Shown here: one piece after another, positions 62,101 through 64,000 of the stretch
Layout of the letters: every line of letters starts with the position of its first letter
How positions within the stretch are numbered: position 1 is the first letter of the stretch
Assembly: GCA_044440125.1 (NCBI GenBank)
Contig: JBITAJ010000004.1
Location: forward strand, 223,235-287,234
Reading direction: 5' to 3'
DNA length: 64,000 nt
From: Sedimentisphaeraceae bacterium JB056
GTDB taxonomy: Bacteria; Planctomycetota; Phycisphaerae; Sedimentisphaerales; Sedimentisphaeraceae
Notes under the pieces: model-generated
The model's input: the letters and a program-made list of their open reading frames with translations, nothing else
Databases searched by the model: none
Told to the model about the DNA's origin: nothing
Translations under genes and position numbers: made by a program

Positions 62101-62683
62101 CACCACTGGCCTTAACTTGCTCAAAACCGGCCTTTGCTGCCGCAAAATCGCCTTCTTTGTAGAGTTCATAACTCTTAGCAAAGAGAGCTTCCATAGCATC
62201 CTTTGCTTCTGCAAGCTTAGCCTGAGCCGCATCTTTTCTTGTCTGAGCTTCTTCTTTTTGAGCGTCACTGGCATATTCATTGCCTTTAACCTGCTCAAAA
62301 GACTCAATAGCCTTGGCATAACTTCCACTCTCATAAGCTTTAATGCCTTCATCAAGCTGAGAAGCAGCAGAACTTCTGTAACCCAAGGCTTCATTAACCT
62401 TGCCAAGAAGCTCCTCGATTTCTGAAGCCTGTTCCTTTGTAAAGATGTCCTGATACTCAGTCTTTACTGATTCAAGACTCTCTTTAGCTGTTGGATAAAG
62501 ACCCTGCTCATACTGAGAAGTCGCTACACTTAGATACTGCTTGATCGCTTTTTCAACTGCCTTATCTTGTGCAGCTTCAGCATATACTACTGCCGCTGCC
62601 GTTATCGCAATTACACTCACAAGCAAAACTGTTCTGAACAATGCAGTTCCTTTACGCGCTAAAAGCGTTACAATTTTAGCCAC
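59120..62683 (-). CDS. Secretin family protein (planctomycete GspD/PilQ-like) with TPR-like and Ala-rich N-terminal region
   Basis: GTG start after GGAGG; QVAIEARFLTV, LNAPKVTVLSGE, GVVLNVTPTI, TRVTVPDGGTLLIGG, VPVLSKLPVFGRLF, LILVKPTII. Confidence 0.93.
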   Translation of the reverse strand: MAKIVTLLARKGTALFRTVLLVSVIAITAAAVVYAEAAQDKAVEKAIKQYLSVATSQYEQGLYPTAKESLESVKTEYQDIFTKEQASEIEELLGKVNEALGYRSSAASQLDEGIKAYESGSYAKAIESFEQVKGNEYASDAQKEEAQTRKDAAQAKLAEAKDAMEALFAKSYELYKEGDFAAAKAGFEQVKASGVNVSRWFGQDSDYFLSKIEDAQNSAKVEVATEPAKQEVEKTAAKTEEAVQMAPKQVQPDMRAEMKTVFDKSYELYNEGKLMEAKEGFAKVAASGVDIAYFFGRDADYYMNKIDKKIEADKIAQIEAAEKAAAEEKAMAEAAAKAEAQRVAAEQEKARKAAEAKALADAKAAKEAEAAAKAEAARVAAEQEKARKAAEAKALADAKAAKEAEAAQAKAMADAQKADVQKVEAAADTQITDADESVAKTEQELKEDSYIRVIQQKRDRQRDYTQAIVSDSVMKANEAIEAGDYSAAKGALAVAYANVEKTKMLLGDALYNQYKSQLDELSAQIDAAQAKAAAQEAKVKRIETEQLQEKIRSNVEAQRQRAVKDYLANAMAFQREQRYKEALAQLEALLAIDPLNSIALLQKQTIEETITWREQLSIEKEKHEQEIETLLNSDRASIPYSDEVTYPKTWKDIVERRKSQQDNDFAPEDLSVYRALEQTVDLTSFYEDMTFGEAIDILANSMEPPVTIVVLWTDLDENAFVDRNTPINLTIPAPVKAKLGLSLLLSSVAGGLADISYVVTDGVIRIATAESLPDKLVVRKYDVTELLSPSAEFNFDMDTTDYGNQGGGRSAGGGGGGSSSSSRSSSNDDDQDYDSDTMRQEAQGRASAIIQLIQETIDPESWYDAGGEASLTTYSNNVLVIRQTLENHEKIRELIDDLRSSLGEQVAIEARFLTVTENFLEEIGLDLDVVINPDDTNWQSIVIDQDSANGASPESTGVPGSLAGALASTVSGGYVLDDLQVSFILEATQAHKDSKNLNAPKVTVLSGESAGIRVETEFSYVADYEFEENTTTGDNPVITSIADPEISVIRDGVVLNVTPTITADKKYVLLRIMTSYTKTDFETYDIPDTETGEVYPIQLPVSQIADVRTRVTVPDGGTLLIGGQKLTGEINKDEGVPVLSKLPVFGRLFENRSKVKDNSVLLILVKPTIILQDEQERDAVAAMESRF
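61463..61678 (-). repeat. 108-nt coding tandem duplication in the secretin gene
   Basis: Two copies of a 36-aa unit containing RVAAEQEKARKAAEAKALADAKAAKEAEAA, with mostly silent differences. Confidence 0.9.
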
Positions 62684-62975
62684 TTATTTACCTCCGGTAA
62701 ATATAAATAATAACAATAATTCCTGTTTCAGGTACAATAAGTCTTTAGACAATTTCCCTACATTAAGTAATATAAGTCTGGTAAGTTTATCCTCAACAAT
62801 AGGTATTTGCAAGCCAAAAATCCAGTTCTTAACGCTATCCATTAATTTTTTTGTGCTTTTTATGTCAATTTAAGTAACAAAAAATTTGAAAACACCCAAA
62901 TTCAAGATATACTATAACCTGTTTACAGTAAAATAAATACAATAGATTGTTAATTTCGACAAGATTTAGGACATT

Positions 62976-63701
62976 ATGGATAAACATTTTGCAATAGCTA
63001 TAGACACCTCCGGACGTGTAGGTTCGGTAGCAGTTGGAAGCGGAGAAAAGGTCATCTGCTCTTCAGCTTTCAGTGGCCAGATGAGACACGCCGCCGAGCT
63101 GTTTCCTACTATATTGGAACTGGTTTCCGGCGCAGGCAAAAACATCTGTGACATAACTGATGTCTACGTTACCAACGGCCCCGGCAGCTTTACCGGTCTA
63201 AGAATCGCAATTACTGTTGCAAAAATGATGGCTCTGGCCTCTGATGTCAAAATTGCTACGGTAAGTTCACTGGATTGCGTAGCTATGAATGCCATAGACT
63301 ATATAAATGAGCAAAATAACAAAGAAATTGAATCTGTAGTGGCCCTCATTGATGCCAAGAGAGGACAGTTTTTCAACTGCCTATATAATAAGGAAGAAAA
63401 CTGGGATGCAGTAACCCCTGAAACCATGAAAACTGCCGAGCAAATACTCGAGATGATCGGCACAACAACAAAAACCCTTATAAATGGTGAGGCTCTTAAA
63501 TATTATCAGGACAAATTCGCACAGGAAAATGTAGAGTTTGCCGATGAAGAACGTTGGGGAATAAAAGCAGAAAATGTATATAAATCAGCCTATAAAAAAG
63601 CCTTGAAAGGCCAGTACGACAACCCCGAAACACTGCTTCCAAAATATCTCAGACTCTCAGACGCCGAAGAAAACCTCTTAAAGAGAGAAAGCAAGGTTTA
63701 A
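62976..63701 (+). CDS. tsaB: tRNA threonylcarbamoyladenosine biosynthesis protein TsaB
   Basis: IAIDTS, HAAELFP, GPGSFTGLRI, IDAKRGQ, PKYLR. Confidence 0.96.
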   Translation: MDKHFAIAIDTSGRVGSVAVGSGEKVICSSAFSGQMRHAAELFPTILELVSGAGKNICDITDVYVTNGPGSFTGLRIAITVAKMMALASDVKIATVSSLDCVAMNAIDYINEQNNKEIESVVALIDAKRGQFFNCLYNKEENWDAVTPETMKTAEQILEMIGTTTKTLINGEALKYYQDKFAQENVEFADEERWGIKAENVYKSAYKKALKGQYDNPETLLPKYLRLSDAEENLLKRESKV

Positions 63702-63735
63702 AGACATTCAACCCAAAAACTTGCTTATAAAGAAC

Positions 63736-64000
63736 TTATGCCAGAAAAGTATCATTAGTTTCCTGCATATATTCCCTAAGCATTTCTCTGTGCTTTTGTA
63801 TCAAAGGAGCATATTGAGTTTTTTTAGAAAGGTCATGAACCTCGCCGGGATCAAGCTCTATATCGAAAAACTGCTCTGCGGGTTCACTGTTGCTATAAAT
63901 AACATATTTATACCGCGATGACCGCACCATTCGGCCATTGACTTTCCCCGGTTTTGCCCAGCCCTCATGCAGATTGTTCTCAGAAACGATGTATTCTCGG
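63736..64000 (-). CDS. Sulfatase family protein, C-terminal fragment (starts outside the window)
   Basis: REYIVSEN...GRMVRSSRYKYVIY...EQFFDIELDPGEVHDL. Confidence 0.8.
   Translation of the reverse strand, partial: REYIVSENNLHEGWAKPGKVNGRMVRSSRYKYVIYSNSEPAEQFFDIELDPGEVHDLSKKTQYAPLIQKHREMLREYMQETNDTFLA

Noticed and set aside
5211..63921. Numerous short antisense or alternate-frame ORFs in the supplied track
   Set aside because: They overlap well-supported genes and show no recognisable motifs.
1..64000. Integrase, transposase, prophage, tRNA or rRNA genes
   Set aside because: None recognised by eye.

Overview
Bacterial chromosomal window, probably from an anaerobic Planctomycetota of the Phycisphaerae/Sedimentisphaerales type. 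This is inferred from an H-X9-DG prepilin-like protein, PEP-CTERM, dockerin-like 'DxNxDxxVDxxD...LAxxW' tails and a planctomycete-type secretin. From left to right: a truncated secreted beta-helix protein; a minimal type V-A CRISPR locus (intact cas12a plus a 16-repeat array, no cas4/cas1/cas2) bracketed by direct composite heptamer repeats; ychF; an AT-rich glycan-use cluster (AraC, three PL22-like propellers, a LamG protein, a prepilin-like protein); DUF2339/DUF3999; a DegT aminotransferase; lipB-lipA; oppBC; a phd-vapC cassette followed by fused relic 3' ends of oppC and a nagB-like gene; PEP-CTERM and GLUG proteins; a glycyl radical enzyme with an apparent twin-arginine (Tat) signal peptide plus its activase, next to amino-sugar genes; glmS; an RND efflux operon; an amidase; purC; a 2724-aa subtilase; a secretin; tsaB; and a truncated sulfatase. 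The strongest novelty candidates are the Tat-signal glycyl radical enzyme, the oppC/nagB double-end duplication scar and the repeat-bounded adaptation-less Cas12a cassette. All protein calls are motif recognition by eye; no searches were run.
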